Part shown: one piece after another, positions 30,020 through 41,597 of the stretch
How the letters are laid out: each line of letters opens with the position of its first letter
How positions within the stretch are numbered: the stretch's first letter is position 1
NCBI GenBank assembly: GCA_963669175.1
Contig: OY769902.1
Coordinates: forward strand, 1,440,001 to 1,504,000
DNA length: 64,000 nucleotides
Reading direction: 5' to 3'
Source: a bacterium
GTDB taxonomy: Bacteria > Electryoneota > Electryoneia > Electryoneales > Electryoneaceae
Notes under the pieces: generated by a model
What the model saw: the letters and a program-made list of their open reading frames with translations, nothing else
The model's database searches: none
Told to the model about the DNA's origin: nothing
Translations under genes and position numbers: made by a program

Positions 30020-31906
30020 CTATTCAGACCCATGCAGGATTTCCAACAGCTTTTTGCCACTTTCCTCGGAGAACCCCGGTACTTCGGCTATCTGTTTCGG
30101 GGTGGCCTCTTTTAAACGCTTGAGCGAGCCGAAGTGTTTCAACAGCGCCTTTGCCTTGGCTTCACCGATTCCCGGCAGGGTCACCAGGGAGGTTGCTACG
30201 GTTTGCGAACGCAGGCGTCGATGGAAGGTAATAGCAAAACGATGCGCTTCATCACGGATTTGCATGAGTAGTTTTAATGCAGATGAGGATTTCGGCAGCG
30301 TGATGACGTTGTCCCGATCACCCGGAAGCACGATTTCCTCGAACCGTTTTGCCAGGCCAACCAGCGGAAGATGCCGGAGGTTCATGCGGTCCAGTACCTC
30401 ACGTGAGGCGTTGACCTGGCCAATGCCGCCGTCGATCAGCACAAGGTCCGGCATGTCTTTCTCTTCAGCACGCAACCGTTTGTATCGTCGGCCCACGACC
30501 TCACGCATGGAGGCAAAATCATCAATACCGACCACAGTTTTAATCCGGTAGTGGCGGTATTCTCTTTTCATTGGACGGGCATTTTTGAACTGCACCATGG
30601 ATGCGACCGGATGTGTGCCGAACAGATTCGAATTGTCAAAGCACTCGATGACCATTGGCGGGTCAGGCAGATCCAGGACTGCCTGCAAGCTTTGCAGGCT
30701 TTGGGGTAGACGGTCGCGTTTCTCCTTCGCCAGCCGGAATTCCTGCAACAGCATGGAAGCATTACGATTGGCTAGTGAGATCAGGCGCGTGTAATCACCG
30801 CGTTCCGGCTTGCGCATTTCCACAGCTCCATCACGCTTTCTTCTCAGGAAGGTATAGACAGGTTCACGCACTTCAGCGGGCAATGAAACCGGCAACAGAA
30901 TCTGTTTGGGAATCACACGCATTTCCGGCATGTAATACTCGGTCAGGTATCGCGACAGGATTTCGTGCCCGGAAATTCCTTCCAGACGTGTCAGGGTAGA
31001 ATGCTCACGTCCCACCAGACGGCCATTACGGATGCGCAGGATAGCGATGCAGCCGTCATTGTCCTCACGGGCAAAGCCGAACACGTCACGGTCATTCAGA
31101 TCAGCGGTAAGTTTTTGCTGTTTGGTTGCCAGTTTTTGCGCTGAGATGAGCTGATCACGCACACGCGCGGCTTCCTCGTATTTCATCTCTTTTGAGAGCG
31201 CCTTCATGTGCGCTTCAAGCCACTCGATCAACTCCTCGCCTTTGCCGTGCAGAGTCTTGACCAGTTTATCCAATCCCTCGAGATATTCGTCCTTCTCAAC
31301 AAGCCCCTCGCAGGGACCGTCACAGTTACCGATATGGTATTCCAGGCAGATTTTATGTTTCCTGTTTTTGATGCTGTTGCTGGTAATTTTCAGGTTGCAG
31401 GTTCTGATCTTGCAGGCTTGTCGCAGAGCGTTTAGCGTATCGCGCACCCGTGTCACATCGGTCAGGGGGCCGTAATATTTGGCGCCTTTCCCCTCGGGAA
31501 AGCGTGTCAGGAAGACCCGAGGAAACGGTTCTGTGGTCACTTTCAGGTAGGGGTAGGATCGATCATGGCGGACATCAATGTTGAAGCGTGGCCGGTGTCG
31601 CTGTATCAGGTTGGCTTCCAGGACAAGCGCTTCCACCTCGTCGGCCGTGACAATGATCTCCAGGTCACGGATGCGTGCGATCAGTTTTTCATACTGGTAG
31701 CGTCCATCTGAACCGCCGGTGAAGTAACTTCTCACCCGGTTTCGCAGAACCTTCGCCTTACCCACATAAATGATTTTTCCCCGTTCATCCTTGAACAGGT
31801 AGCACCCTGAGTCCTGTGGCAACAGATCAAGCTTGTCCTTCAGGGAGAGTGCAGGCGTTTCAGATGGTCCGTTCACGGGACCGGTATTTCCGGATATCTT
31901 TACCAT
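30020..31906 (-). CDS. uvrC: Excinuclease ABC subunit C
   Basis: GIY-YIG (GCYLFKD..IIYVGKAK.LRNRVRSYF), UVR coil, IECFDNS, LIDGGIGQ, IRDEAHRFA, C-terminal HhH. Confidence 0.97.
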   Translation of the reverse strand: MVKISGNTGPVNGPSETPALSLKDKLDLLPQDSGCYLFKDERGKIIYVGKAKVLRNRVRSYFTGGSDGRYQYEKLIARIRDLEIIVTADEVEALVLEANLIQRHRPRFNIDVRHDRSYPYLKVTTEPFPRVFLTRFPEGKGAKYYGPLTDVTRVRDTLNALRQACKIRTCNLKITSNSIKNRKHKICLEYHIGNCDGPCEGLVEKDEYLEGLDKLVKTLHGKGEELIEWLEAHMKALSKEMKYEEAARVRDQLISAQKLATKQQKLTADLNDRDVFGFAREDNDGCIAILRIRNGRLVGREHSTLTRLEGISGHEILSRYLTEYYMPEMRVIPKQILLPVSLPAEVREPVYTFLRRKRDGAVEMRKPERGDYTRLISLANRNASMLLQEFRLAKEKRDRLPQSLQSLQAVLDLPDPPMVIECFDNSNLFGTHPVASMVQFKNARPMKREYRHYRIKTVVGIDDFASMREVVGRRYKRLRAEEKDMPDLVLIDGGIGQVNASREVLDRMNLRHLPLVGLAKRFEEIVLPGDRDNVITLPKSSSALKLLMQIRDEAHRFAITFHRRLRSQTVATSLVTLPGIGEAKAKALLKHFGSLKRLKEATPKQIAEVPGFSEESGKKLLEILHGSE

Positions 31907-32062
31907 GAAAGAATATAGTAAATTCAGGGAATTGGCACGTATGCTCCACAGTGTTAGCAAAGTTTACTACTCTTTCAGAGTCTAGATTCTACTTGACTTC
32001 TATTCAGCTTTTGCATTTACTTTTATAAGAGTAAAAAAATTGTATTGGAAAGGGACGACATT

Positions 32063-32452
32063 ATGTGGAAACGTATTCTGGTTGTAGACGACGAAGAAGG
32101 TATTCGTGATATCCTGACCAAGGCTTTTACCCGTGCGGGTTATGAAGTAAAAACAGCAGCTTCCGCTGAAGACGCCCTGGAGATTCTCAACCAGGAGCTT
32201 TATCCACTTCAGATTATTGATTTGCAGCTTCCAGAGATGAACGGGATAGAATTATGCCGCCGAGTGCGTCGTGAGAACCCGACGTCGATGCTGGTTGCCA
32301 TTACGGGGTATGCCTCAGTGTTTCAAATTGTCGAGGCTCGCGATGCGGGCTTTGATGACTATTTCCTCAAGCCTTTTAAGGTTGAAGATCTTCTCGAGGC
32401 AGCGAAAGATTGTTTCAAAAAGCTGGAACGCTGGCGTAAGACAGCCTCCTGA
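32063..32452 (+). CDS. Single-domain response regulator
   Basis: ILVVDDE, IIDLQLPEMNG, AITG, FLKPF. Confidence 0.9.
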   Translation: MWKRILVVDDEEGIRDILTKAFTRAGYEVKTAASAEDALEILNQELYPLQIIDLQLPEMNGIELCRRVRRENPTSMLVAITGYASVFQIVEARDAGFDDYFLKPFKVEDLLEAAKDCFKKLERWRKTAS

Positions 32453-32469
32453 TCTGAAGGATTATTCCG

Positions 32470-32504
32470 AAAAAAAAAATCGCCCACCGTCTGGTGGGCG
32501 TTTT
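32470..32504. terminator. Bidirectional terminator
   Basis: A-tract, CGCCCACC-GTCT-GGTGGGCG, then TTTT, between convergent genes. Confidence 0.8.
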
Positions 32505-32525
32505 GTATTTTGAAAACAGATGTAT

Positions 32526-32984
32526 TTACCACATCATGAGATTGCGCCATGCCAGGTTGGCTTGCCGCATCTTGGCGGAAATCGTTTTCGCCAAGGCTTT
32601 CATCAGGTGATAACCTACCCGTGGTTGTTCTTCCAGAAAAGCATTCAATTCTGCAAAGGGATAGAAATACAATTCCGATTCTTCTTCCGCCTTGACTGTT
32701 GCGCTCCGGGGCGAACCATCAACAAAGGAGACCTCACCGATAATATCGCCTGCGTGGACAGTGTCAATGACTTCTTGTCGTCGGCCTTCGAACGGCATGA
32801 GCATGCTGACTGAAACGGCGCCCTTGCTCAGGAAATACAGGTCACGTGACCGGGTCATCTCCGGGATAATAATATCACCGCCCTTGTATTTCTGGAGTTG
32901 GGCTAAAGCCATCAATTGTTCTGTCTCTTCTTCGTTGATACCGGATAACCAGCCCTGTTTGTCCAGAATTTCACGCAACTCCAT
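32526..32984 (-). CDS. Stand-alone cyclic-nucleotide-binding domain protein
   Basis: LYFLSKGAVSV, GDIIGEVSFVDGSPRSATVKA; no HTH domain. Confidence 0.85.
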   Translation of the reverse strand: MELREILDKQGWLSGINEEETEQLMALAQLQKYKGGDIIIPEMTRSRDLYFLSKGAVSVSMLMPFEGRRQEVIDTVHAGDIIGEVSFVDGSPRSATVKAEEESELYFYPFAELNAFLEEQPRVGYHLMKALAKTISAKMRQANLAWRNLMMW

Positions 32985-33189
32985 GGAAAATCCTCCGCAT
33001 TTGGGGTTTAAATGAATATAGAAAGTGAAGATTAAGACAACAACCTGAAACGTAAACTTCATAATTGATAAACTCTGTCTCCATCACTCTCGGATTCTTT
33101 CCGCTCAGGCTATATACTACACGCAATACAGGGAACTGATGTCGCCATTATGCGTATCTTTACAAACAAGAGACCTGTCGGAAAAAGAC

Positions 33190-34041
33190 ATGCTTAAAAA
33201 CACTTTTCCAGCCATAGTACTGGCCATCCTCTTCTCATTCGCCTGTTTCTCACGCGTGGAAGCGCAGCGTGTGAATGCTGCGGTTACGGCGAACCTGGAA
33301 CGTCTGCCCCAGGAAAACCAGAATAAGCTGATGGGTCTGGACCGGGTGATTGAAAATTACTTGAACCAGACTGACTGGGGGCCGGACGAATATGATTACG
33401 ACTACTACGTTGATATCGAAGTATTCTTTGAAAAGGTGCAACCGGTCAGTTACGAGGACCGGTACACGGCACGCTTTGTGATTTCAAACCGTAATGACGC
33501 CGTATACAATGACAAACGCTGGGATTTTAAACTGGACACCGGATTCCAGCTAAATTACAGCAACCAGTTCGATTCTTTCCGCAGTATGCTTGATTTCTAC
33601 ATGCAAATGATTCTTGGCCACGAGTATGACAAGGTGAAGAAATTCGGCGGTCAGACCCATTTCGAAGAAGCCAGGCAGATTGCACGTAACGCTCGCTTTT
33701 CCAGCCATTTCTTTAACGGGTGGGATAAAAGAGAAAAACTGGTGGAAGATTATATCGCCCCGGAAAACCAGCATTACCGTTATGTGAATTTTCTGTATTA
33801 TACCGGTGAATGGCTCTATTATGAGGAACGGGACCGTGAAAATGCCAAGCAGTATCTGCTCTATGCGATCAAACAATTGGATCGTGTTCCGGAAGAGGAA
33901 CGGGAGCGTTTCTTCAACTTGAATCATTACAATTTTGCGAATGCCCTTGCGGAGTACCAGGAGTTTTCTTCGTTGAGCCGGATTGCAGCCATGGATCCGG
34001 AACACGCGGAGGTCTATCAGCGCTTGCTTGACAAGCGTTGA
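33190..34041 (+). CDS. DUF4835 family (PorD-like) secreted protein
   Basis: Signal peptide; IENYLNQTDW, DKRWDF, MLDFYMQMILGHEYD...GG..HFEEARQI, GW..R. Confidence 0.6.
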   Translation: MLKNTFPAIVLAILFSFACFSRVEAQRVNAAVTANLERLPQENQNKLMGLDRVIENYLNQTDWGPDEYDYDYYVDIEVFFEKVQPVSYEDRYTARFVISNRNDAVYNDKRWDFKLDTGFQLNYSNQFDSFRSMLDFYMQMILGHEYDKVKKFGGQTHFEEARQIARNARFSSHFFNGWDKREKLVEDYIAPENQHYRYVNFLYYTGEWLYYEERDRENAKQYLLYAIKQLDRVPEEERERFFNLNHYNFANALAEYQEFSSLSRIAAMDPEHAEVYQRLLDKR

Positions 34042-34125
34042 TTGGCTATTCTCCAACAACTGGTGGATCGATTTATATGATTCGATCCATCGGAGCCAAC
34101 CAGAAAGTCACAGGGAGAACGATTG

Positions 34126-34581
34126 ATGCAGGCGTTTGAAACCTTGGATGATGTCCTGGCTTTTGCGATAGAACGCGAAGAAGAGGCCGCTCAGTTTTAC
34201 ATGGACATGGCGGATAAATCCGACAACCAGCAGATGAAAGATGTGTTTACTTCATTTGCACGTGAAGAAAAGGCTCACAAGGCGAAGTTGCAGAATGTGC
34301 AGAAAGGAGAAAACCTGACCTCTGCAAGAGAAAAGATTCTGGATCTGAAGATTGCGGATTACCTGGCCGACGTGAACCCGAATGAAGAGCTGACTTATAA
34401 CAAAGCGATCGTTCTTGCCATGAAACGTGAAAAGGCTGCTTTCAAGCTTTACATGATCCTGGCCGAACGTGTGGATGATCCGGAAGTGCAGGTCTTGTTC
34501 CTGGAATTAGCCCAGGAAGAAGCAAAGCATAAACTGCGCTTCGAGCTTGAGTACGACGACCACATCATGCAGGAGAATTAG
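34126..34581 (+). CDS. Rubrerythrin/ferritin-like diiron protein
   Basis: AIEREEEAAQFY...EEKAH; AMKREKAAFKLY...EEAKH. Confidence 0.9.
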   Translation: MQAFETLDDVLAFAIEREEEAAQFYMDMADKSDNQQMKDVFTSFAREEKAHKAKLQNVQKGENLTSAREKILDLKIADYLADVNPNEELTYNKAIVLAMKREKAAFKLYMILAERVDDPEVQVLFLELAQEEAKHKLRFELEYDDHIMQEN

Positions 34582-34613
34582 GCTGCTCCTGCCTGACAGA
34601 TGGATATTTCTAT

Positions 34614-34646
34614 ACACCCTCCCGGGAAAGCCGGGAGGGTGTTTTT
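34614..34646 (+). terminator. Rho-independent terminator
   Basis: ACACCCTCCCGG-GAAAG-CCGGGAGGGTGT followed by TTTT. Confidence 0.85.
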
Positions 34647-34654
34647 CTTCCAAG

Positions 34655-37600
34655 TCACTCGTCTGTCTGTAAAAACTGTTCTAAGGATCTCAGGTCGTTT
34701 TTAAACAGATTCGTTTCATCTTGAAGTTCCTCGATCAGGGTGTCCAGACCAGCAGTGTCATGTCGATAGCATTGATCAGAGATTTTCTTTGCAATGGCGG
34801 CAAGGCGTCGCAACTGTAAAAACGCGGCAGAACTTTTGATCCCATGCACTTCAGTGCGCAATACAGCCAGATCCCTGTTCTTAAACGCCTCGATCATTCG
34901 TTCCATCTGCTGTTCCAGTTGCTCGGACTGGATTTGTAACAGATTCAGATAGCCCTCTTGAAAATCCTTTTCCAGTTCTTGAATGCTGAATGTTGAATAG
35001 GTAAGCTTGGCCGCGTTTTTGATATTCGGAGCATGTTTTTCTTTAGAAGCGGCGTGTCCATTGGTCCATTTCTCAATCGTTTTGACCAGGGTGTCACGGC
35101 TGATAGGTTTAGGCACAACATCATTCATGCCAATTGTCATGCACTTGTCAAGTTCTTCGAGATATGTCGTTGCGGTCAGTGCAAGAATAGGCGTTCGCTG
35201 GTTGATATTCGTCGTAGTACGAATCAGGTTGGTCGCTTCAAGGCCATCCATTTCCGGCATCATGACGTCCATCAGAATGATATCATACTTTGTTTCTTTT
35301 GCTGTATCGACAGCCTGCTTTCCGGTTTCGGCCACATCAACTTTGTATCCGGCGGCCATCAGGTGGGTCATCAGGATTTGCTGATTGGGACGATAGTCCT
35401 CAACAAGAAGGATACTGAAAGCATCACTCCGTTTTTTCCGAGTTTTCTTTCCTACCTGGTCAGACTCATCTTCCAATCTGAGAATCTCTGCGCTGTCAGG
35501 TAAATCCAGGGGCATAGTGAACCAGAAAGTACTTCCTTTTCCGATTTCACTTTCCAGGCCCATTTCACCACCCATCTTCTCAACCAGGGATTTGGCGATT
35601 GTCAAACCAAGCCCCGTGCCGCCATGTATCCGTGTCCTGCTTCCTTCAACCTGGAAAAAACTTTCAAACACATCTTGAATTTTATCCTTCGGGATGCCAA
35701 TTCCAGTGTCGGTGACAGACATTTTCAGTGTAGCTTTGCGTTTGCTTATCTTTTTCGCCTGAACATGCAAGGTGACTGATCCTGTTTTGGTGAACTTCAT
35801 GCCATTCCAGATCAAATTGTACAATATCTGCTTGATACGGACAGGATCGCCAACAACCCATTCCGGAACATTGTTGTCTGTAATACAGATAAATTCGAGC
35901 TTGTTCTTCTTGAATTGTGGAGTTAAGACAAGGTTCAACCCCGCGAACAATCGTTTCATGGATATCGTTTTGTAGTTTAATCGTATACTTCCTTCTTTCA
36001 GTTGGATGTGATCTAAAATATCATTTATAATCACAAGAAGATTTTCTGATTCAGAGATTGTTTGTTGTACCATATTCCTGATTTCACTACTCACATTATT
36101 GTCAAGAATGAGTTCTGACAACCCTATGATCGCGGTAAGAGGTGTTCGCAATTCATGGGTTGTGTTTGACAGGAATATCTCTTTTGCTTTATTCGCATCT
36201 TCTGCTTTTTGTTTTGCGTTAATCAAGGCGATTTCTGCCTTTTTCTGCAATGTGGTGTCTCGTCCTACCCCAAGAATATTGACAACCTGGTCAGCGATAA
36301 CAATGCTGGTTAAATTCCATGACATCCAGATCCATTCGCTTTGTGAAAGAACTCTGATTTCAAACGTAACAGACTGTGTTCCTGATACAACCTGCTGAAA
36401 AGCTTCTAAAAACCTGCCACGGTCTTCCGTATAAATAATGGACTCAAACCTGGAGCCGATAGCTTTCTCGGCATTTCCACCAACGGTAGAAATATAGGAA
36501 GGACTGGCAAATCGGATAAGTCCCTTATTATCCAGCGATATAATTATGTCTGTCATGTTTTCGACCAACAAACGGTATTTTTCTTCACTCTCCCGTAATT
36601 TTTTCTCCATCTTAACACGTTCAGTTATATCACGGGTCAACACTCCCAATACATAGCCTTTATCTGTTTTTATAGAAAATGTGGATTGCATTAAAGTTTT
36701 GATGCTGCCGTCTTTGTGAATGATTTGTCCTTCCAGCGCAGGGGTCAGCAGGTCGCCAGTTCCTGTAACAAGAAGTCTTTTCAACTTGACCTTGTGCTCT
36801 TCCAGCCAATCGGAATTTTTCTCTGTTCTGAATTTGGCTGAAATATCCTGAATGTCCCAAAGTTTTTTTCCAAGTACATCTGACCGTTTAACTCCGGAAA
36901 CTCGTTCCTGTGCATCGTTCCACTCGATAATGTTGCCTGTTTCATCGGCCATCATGATGCCTTCAGAGGTCATCTCAATGAATTTTCTGCTCAGTGATTC
37001 ACTTTCCAGTTGCATTAATTCAGCTTTCTTCCGTTCAGTAATATCCGTGATAGTCCCTGCGACAAGCCGTCTCCCTGTATTTTCTTCAGGGATTTTACGA
37101 CCGCGCAACAATACCCACTTGGGTTCAGCAGTGCCGTCCTTAATTCTAAATTCCAGGTTGATTTCGATGATACGTTTATCCTCAAACTGCCTCATCTGTA
37201 GAAGGACAGATTTCCGGTCTTTCTTGAAGATATATCTTTTTAAATCTTTGAAATCTATATAATTGTTCGGCACATTGAAACTAACCAGCTTACACGATTG
37301 ATCATCAATATAGAACTCGCTCGTTCCCAGGTTGACTTCCCAAATGCCTGTTTTTCCTGCTTCAGCGGCCAATGAGTATCGCTTCTGACTTCTCTCGAGA
37401 CGCTTCGTCATTTTTGCTGCTTCTGTGACATCTCGGTTAATACTGACAATGCCACGTATTTTCTTGTCAAAGATCAATGGCTGCATAATGGATTCAAGGC
37501 TTATCAGCTCGCCATATAGTGTCATGAGTCGAAACTCAAAAGGTTCACTTGTTATACCATTCAGGCAGTTAGTGATCTTCTCTTGAACAAGCTCCCGGTC

Positions 37601-38593
37601 TGGCGCATAGATAAGCGGCACCCACTTTTTTCCGATCCATTCTTCCGGAAGGAAAGAGGTTAACCGCTGGAAAGCAGGGCTGATCGAGATGAAGCGGCCT
37701 TCTGTGTCGTTGATGCATATGATATCATTGGCGTTCTCAACAATATTGCGATGCAGCTCTTCACTCTCTTTCAAGGCTTGTTCTGTTTCTTTGCGTTTTG
37801 TGATATCGAGAATAACTCCAACTACCGCTTCATTCTTACCAGATTCGTCGGCCAGTATCGCAGACCAGATACTCAACCATTGGTAGTTTCCGCCTGGACA
37901 TTGCCAACGAAGGTCAAAATGGATTTCTTTTCTGTTTTGATCATGCGCTGCATCTACGATGCTAATGATCTGGTCACGGTCATCTGGATGCACTTTATTC
38001 AGAATATCTGTAACTGTAAAGGAATGCGCTTCTTCCAAGCTGGTGCCAAGGACATGTTGAACAGAGTCGGAAACATAATCAAAACAGTTGGTTGTCAGGT
38101 TAAAACGGAATATGATCTGGGGAGAAGAGGACAGGACTTCGTTGAAGCGTTGTTCAGATTTTCTCTGGTTTACCAGCGCGTTTCGCTGTGCTGTGATATC
38201 ACGTGAGATGCCAGCGACACGATACAGCTTCCCATTCTTGTCAAGGTATGGTTTAACGCGGTCTTCAACGCAGATATAGGAACCATCAGGTTTGCGTATA
38301 CGGAAGGAGGCAGTGGCAATGTTTCCGCTTCTCAGTTCATCCTGGTGATGCTGAATCACGAATCGTTCTTCAGGATGAACCAGGGCTTCCAAAAGGTCAA
38401 ATACATTGTCATTTTTTTTATAGCCGATCAGCTCGAGAAAATTCTGCGATGCCCATTCAAGCTTTAAAATTCCCGTATCCTCAACCTTACACACATAGGA
38501 GTAATCGGCAGAGAGATCCAGCAAATCATGAAGCTGATCCAACGATGATGCTTCCGGATGAATTGAAACAGGCGCCGTGGTTCTTTCTGTCAT
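34655..38593 (-). CDS. Cytoplasmic multi-PAS hybrid sensor histidine kinase (PAS x6, HisKA, HATPase, REC, Hpt)
   Basis: Repeated D(I/V)T.RK PAS ends; THELRTPL; DTGIGI; GTGLGL; ILMDVMMPEMDG; HGIKSSA. Confidence 0.93.
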   Translation of the reverse strand: MTERTTAPVSIHPEASSLDQLHDLLDLSADYSYVCKVEDTGILKLEWASQNFLELIGYKKNDNVFDLLEALVHPEERFVIQHHQDELRSGNIATASFRIRKPDGSYICVEDRVKPYLDKNGKLYRVAGISRDITAQRNALVNQRKSEQRFNEVLSSSPQIIFRFNLTTNCFDYVSDSVQHVLGTSLEEAHSFTVTDILNKVHPDDRDQIISIVDAAHDQNRKEIHFDLRWQCPGGNYQWLSIWSAILADESGKNEAVVGVILDITKRKETEQALKESEELHRNIVENANDIICINDTEGRFISISPAFQRLTSFLPEEWIGKKWVPLIYAPDRELVQEKITNCLNGITSEPFEFRLMTLYGELISLESIMQPLIFDKKIRGIVSINRDVTEAAKMTKRLERSQKRYSLAAEAGKTGIWEVNLGTSEFYIDDQSCKLVSFNVPNNYIDFKDLKRYIFKKDRKSVLLQMRQFEDKRIIEINLEFRIKDGTAEPKWVLLRGRKIPEENTGRRLVAGTITDITERKKAELMQLESESLSRKFIEMTSEGIMMADETGNIIEWNDAQERVSGVKRSDVLGKKLWDIQDISAKFRTEKNSDWLEEHKVKLKRLLVTGTGDLLTPALEGQIIHKDGSIKTLMQSTFSIKTDKGYVLGVLTRDITERVKMEKKLRESEEKYRLLVENMTDIIISLDNKGLIRFASPSYISTVGGNAEKAIGSRFESIIYTEDRGRFLEAFQQVVSGTQSVTFEIRVLSQSEWIWMSWNLTSIVIADQVVNILGVGRDTTLQKKAEIALINAKQKAEDANKAKEIFLSNTTHELRTPLTAIIGLSELILDNNVSSEIRNMVQQTISESENLLVIINDILDHIQLKEGSIRLNYKTISMKRLFAGLNLVLTPQFKKNKLEFICITDNNVPEWVVGDPVRIKQILYNLIWNGMKFTKTGSVTLHVQAKKISKRKATLKMSVTDTGIGIPKDKIQDVFESFFQVEGSRTRIHGGTGLGLTIAKSLVEKMGGEMGLESEIGKGSTFWFTMPLDLPDSAEILRLEDESDQVGKKTRKKRSDAFSILLVEDYRPNQQILMTHLMAAGYKVDVAETGKQAVDTAKETKYDIILMDVMMPEMDGLEATNLIRTTTNINQRTPILALTATTYLEELDKCMTIGMNDVVPKPISRDTLVKTIEKWTNGHAASKEKHAPNIKNAAKLTYSTFSIQELEKDFQEGYLNLLQIQSEQLEQQMERMIEAFKNRDLAVLRTEVHGIKSSAAFLQLRRLAAIAKKISDQCYRHDTAGLDTLIEELQDETNLFKNDLRSLEQFLQTDE

Positions 38594-38825
38594 GGCTTAT
38601 ATTCTCCCCACAATTACCACATCTATCGCAATAGGTCTGGAATTTACCTTGGCAATCAATATAACAACAACAGCTCATCAACGCTGCAACAGAAAGCATC
38701 GCAACTCAAAAAATAACATAGCATTAGTAATTTCAAAATATTGGCTCTGAAATATGCTCGTAATCCTCATCTATTGAATATAATGTTGCCAGTTTTATAT
38801 ACATCGTCCTGCTACTTTGTTAAGC

Positions 38826-38866
38826 AAAAAAAAACGTCACCCAATCAACTTACTGATTGAGTGACG
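38826..38866 (-). terminator. Terminator of acnA
   Basis: CGTCACCCAATCA...TGATTGAGTGACG hairpin with an A8 tract on the + strand. Confidence 0.75.
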
Positions 38867-38891
38867 AGAAATAAACTGCAAGATCAGAGTC

Positions 38892-41597
38892 TTACATTAG
38901 TTTCCGCAGCACCGTATGCAGAATGCCACCGTTCCGGTAGTACTCCACTTCGACCGGCGTATCGACACGTGCGATCACCGGGATGACCACTTCGGAGCCG
39001 TCCGCCTTGATCACGACCAGTTCGACTTCCTGCAGTGGTTTGAGGTCGTTGGACAAGCCACGCACCGCATAAACTTCCTTGCCGGTGATGCCGTACTTCT
39101 CATAGCTGTCGCCCGGTTTGAACTGCAGGGGCAGCACACCCATGAAGACCAGGTTGGAACGGTGGATACGTTCGAACGATTCCGCAACGACAGCACGAAT
39201 GCCCAGCAGGAAAGTACCCTTGGCTGCCCAGTCACGTGATGAACCGGTGCCATATTCTTTTCCGGCGAAAACGACCAGCGGCACAGCTTCTTCCTTGTAC
39301 TTCATTGCCGCGTCATAGATACTCATCTCTTCGTCGGTGGGCTGGTGACGTGTGTAGCCGCCTTCCGTACCGGGTGCCAGCAAGTTGCGCAAGCGAATAT
39401 TGGCAAAGGTTCCGCGTACCATGACACGGTCATTCCCTCTACGGCTGCCGTAGCTGTTGAACTGTACCGGTTCAACGCCATTTTCAACCAGGTATTTTGC
39501 GGCCGGGCTGTTTTTGCTGATAACACCTGCCGGGCTGATATGGTCGGTCGTAATGGTATCGCCGAGCAAGGCCATGCAACGAGCGTTCTCGATGTCCGCG
39601 ATATCCGGTACGTTCTTGGTCATGCCGACGAAGAACGGCGGTTCCTGGATGTAGGTGGATTCTGCATCCCATGCGTAGATATCGCCACCGGTGACTTCGA
39701 TCCGGTTCCACATCTCGTTGCCGTCCCAGACGTTTCCGTAGCGTTCGCGGAACATGTCCGGATCGAGGAAATCGTTAATCGCCTGGTTGATCTCTGCGTT
39801 GGTCGGCCAGATATCCTTGAGAAACACCTTGTTGCCTTGCGGATCTTGACCGATGGGATCGTTGACCAGGTCAATATCGACAGTGCCGGCCAGGGCGTAC
39901 GCCACAACCAACGGCGGGCTGGCAAGGTAATTACCTTTTGTATGCGGACTGACACGTCCTTCGAAGTTCCGGTTTCCGGAAAGTACGCTGGTCGCGATCA
40001 GGTCGCCATCCTGGATGGCCGCGACTACTTCATCCGGCAGCGGACCACTGTTACCGATGCAGGTCGTGCAACCATACCCTACCACATGGAAACCGAGCTT
40101 CTCCAGGTCACCGATCAATTTGGACTTTTCCAGGTACTCAGTGACAACCTGGCTGCCGGGAGCGAGGGAGGTTTTCACGTATGGTTTAACCGTCAAGCCC
40201 TTCGCCACAGCCTTCCGTGCAACCAGCCCCGCGCCGATCAGTACGCTGGGGTTAGACGTGTTGGTACAACTGGTGATCGCGGCAATGACCACATCGCCGT
40301 GCTTCATGTCCAGCTCGATATCGCCCTTCTTGTATCGTCCGGTGTTGTTCAGCTTCTCAGAGGGATACTCGAAGCCCATTTCCTTTGCCGGTTTGGTTTT
40401 GTCGATGTTGAACTGCTTCTGCATATCGGCAAGGGTGATCCGGTCGGCTGGACGTTTTGGCCCGGCGAGGCTGGGTTGTACGGTACTCAGATCCAGCTCG
40501 AGAACAGCCGTGTATTCCGGTTCCGGCAGGGAGGGGTTGAAGTAGAGCCAGTTGGCCTTTACGTATTGTTCCAGACGCGCGACTTCCTCTTCGTCACGCC
40601 CACTGAAGCGCATATAATCAAATGTCTTCTCATCCATCGGGCAGAAGCCCATGGTCGCGCCGTATTCCGGGGCCATGTTTGCGAGGGTGGCACGGTCCGC
40701 CAGTGTCATCGTTGCGTATCCGGGCCCGAAGTATTCGACGAACTTTCCGACCACGCCATGCTGGCGCAGCATCTGGGTGGCGGTCAGGGTCATGTCGGTG
40801 GCTGTGGCGCCGTCGGGCAGACGTCCGATCAAGCGCATGCCGACCACATCCGGGGTAAGCATGTAAATCGGCTGGCCCAGCATAACCGCTTCCGCTTCAA
40901 TTCCGCCAACACCCCAGCCCAACACGCCGAGGCCGTTGATCATGGTGGAATGGCTGTCAGTGCCGACCAGGGAATCCGGAACCATGACTTTTTCGCCGTC
41001 GATCTCACGCACAAAAACGCCCTTGGCCAGGTATTCCAGGTTTACCTGATGTACAATGCCTGTTGCCGGTGGTACGGCACGGAAATTATCAAACGCCTGG
41101 CCACCCCAACGCAGGAACTCATAGCGTTCGCGGTTGCGTTCAAACTCCTTTTCCGCGTTCTTCTTCAACGCTTCCGGGGAACCGAAGAAGTCTACCTGAA
41201 CCGAGTGGTCGATAACCAGGTCAACCGGAACCTGCGGGTTGATATTTTTAGGATCACCGCCGAGACGGTCCATTGCGCTACGCAGGGCCGCGAGGTCCAC
41301 GACAGCCGGAACGCCGGTGAAGTCCTGCAGAATCACCCGTGCGGGCATGAAGGGGATCTCATCGTGCTGGTCGCCCTTGGCGCTCCAGTTGGCCAGCAGT
41401 TTGACATGATCCTCCGTTACGATGTAATTATCCACATTCCGCAACAACGCCTCAAGCAGCACACGAATAGAATAGGGCAATCGCGCGATTTTACCGACGC
41501 CTTTCTCTTCCAGCGCGTCGAGACGATAGTAGGTTACGGTTCCTTCTGGAATGGTGAGTTGGGATTTTGCTCCGAACACGTCTTGAGTGGCAGCCAT
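38892..41597 (-). CDS. acnA: Aconitate hydratase A
   Basis: [58 protein letters not shown]. Confidence 0.98.
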   Translation of the reverse strand: MAATQDVFGAKSQLTIPEGTVTYYRLDALEEKGVGKIARLPYSIRVLLEALLRNVDNYIVTEDHVKLLANWSAKGDQHDEIPFMPARVILQDFTGVPAVVDLAALRSAMDRLGGDPKNINPQVPVDLVIDHSVQVDFFGSPEALKKNAEKEFERNRERYEFLRWGGQAFDNFRAVPPATGIVHQVNLEYLAKGVFVREIDGEKVMVPDSLVGTDSHSTMINGLGVLGWGVGGIEAEAVMLGQPIYMLTPDVVGMRLIGRLPDGATATDMTLTATQMLRQHGVVGKFVEYFGPGYATMTLADRATLANMAPEYGATMGFCPMDEKTFDYMRFSGRDEEEVARLEQYVKANWLYFNPSLPEPEYTAVLELDLSTVQPSLAGPKRPADRITLADMQKQFNIDKTKPAKEMGFEYPSEKLNNTGRYKKGDIELDMKHGDVVIAAITSCTNTSNPSVLIGAGLVARKAVAKGLTVKPYVKTSLAPGSQVVTEYLEKSKLIGDLEKLGFHVVGYGCTTCIGNSGPLPDEVVAAIQDGDLIATSVLSGNRNFEGRVSPHTKGNYLASPPLVVAYALAGTVDIDLVNDPIGQDPQGNKVFLKDIWPTNAEINQAINDFLDPDMFRERYGNVWDGNEMWNRIEVTGGDIYAWDAESTYIQEPPFFVGMTKNVPDIADIENARCMALLGDTITTDHISPAGVISKNSPAAKYLVENGVEPVQFNSYGSRRGNDRVMVRGTFANIRLRNLLAPGTEGGYTRHQPTDEEMSIYDAAMKYKEEAVPLVVFAGKEYGTGSSRDWAAKGTFLLGIRAVVAESFERIHRSNLVFMGVLPLQFKPGDSYEKYGITGKEVYAVRGLSNDLKPLQEVELVVIKADGSEVVIPVIARVDTPVEVEYYRNGGILHTVLRKLM

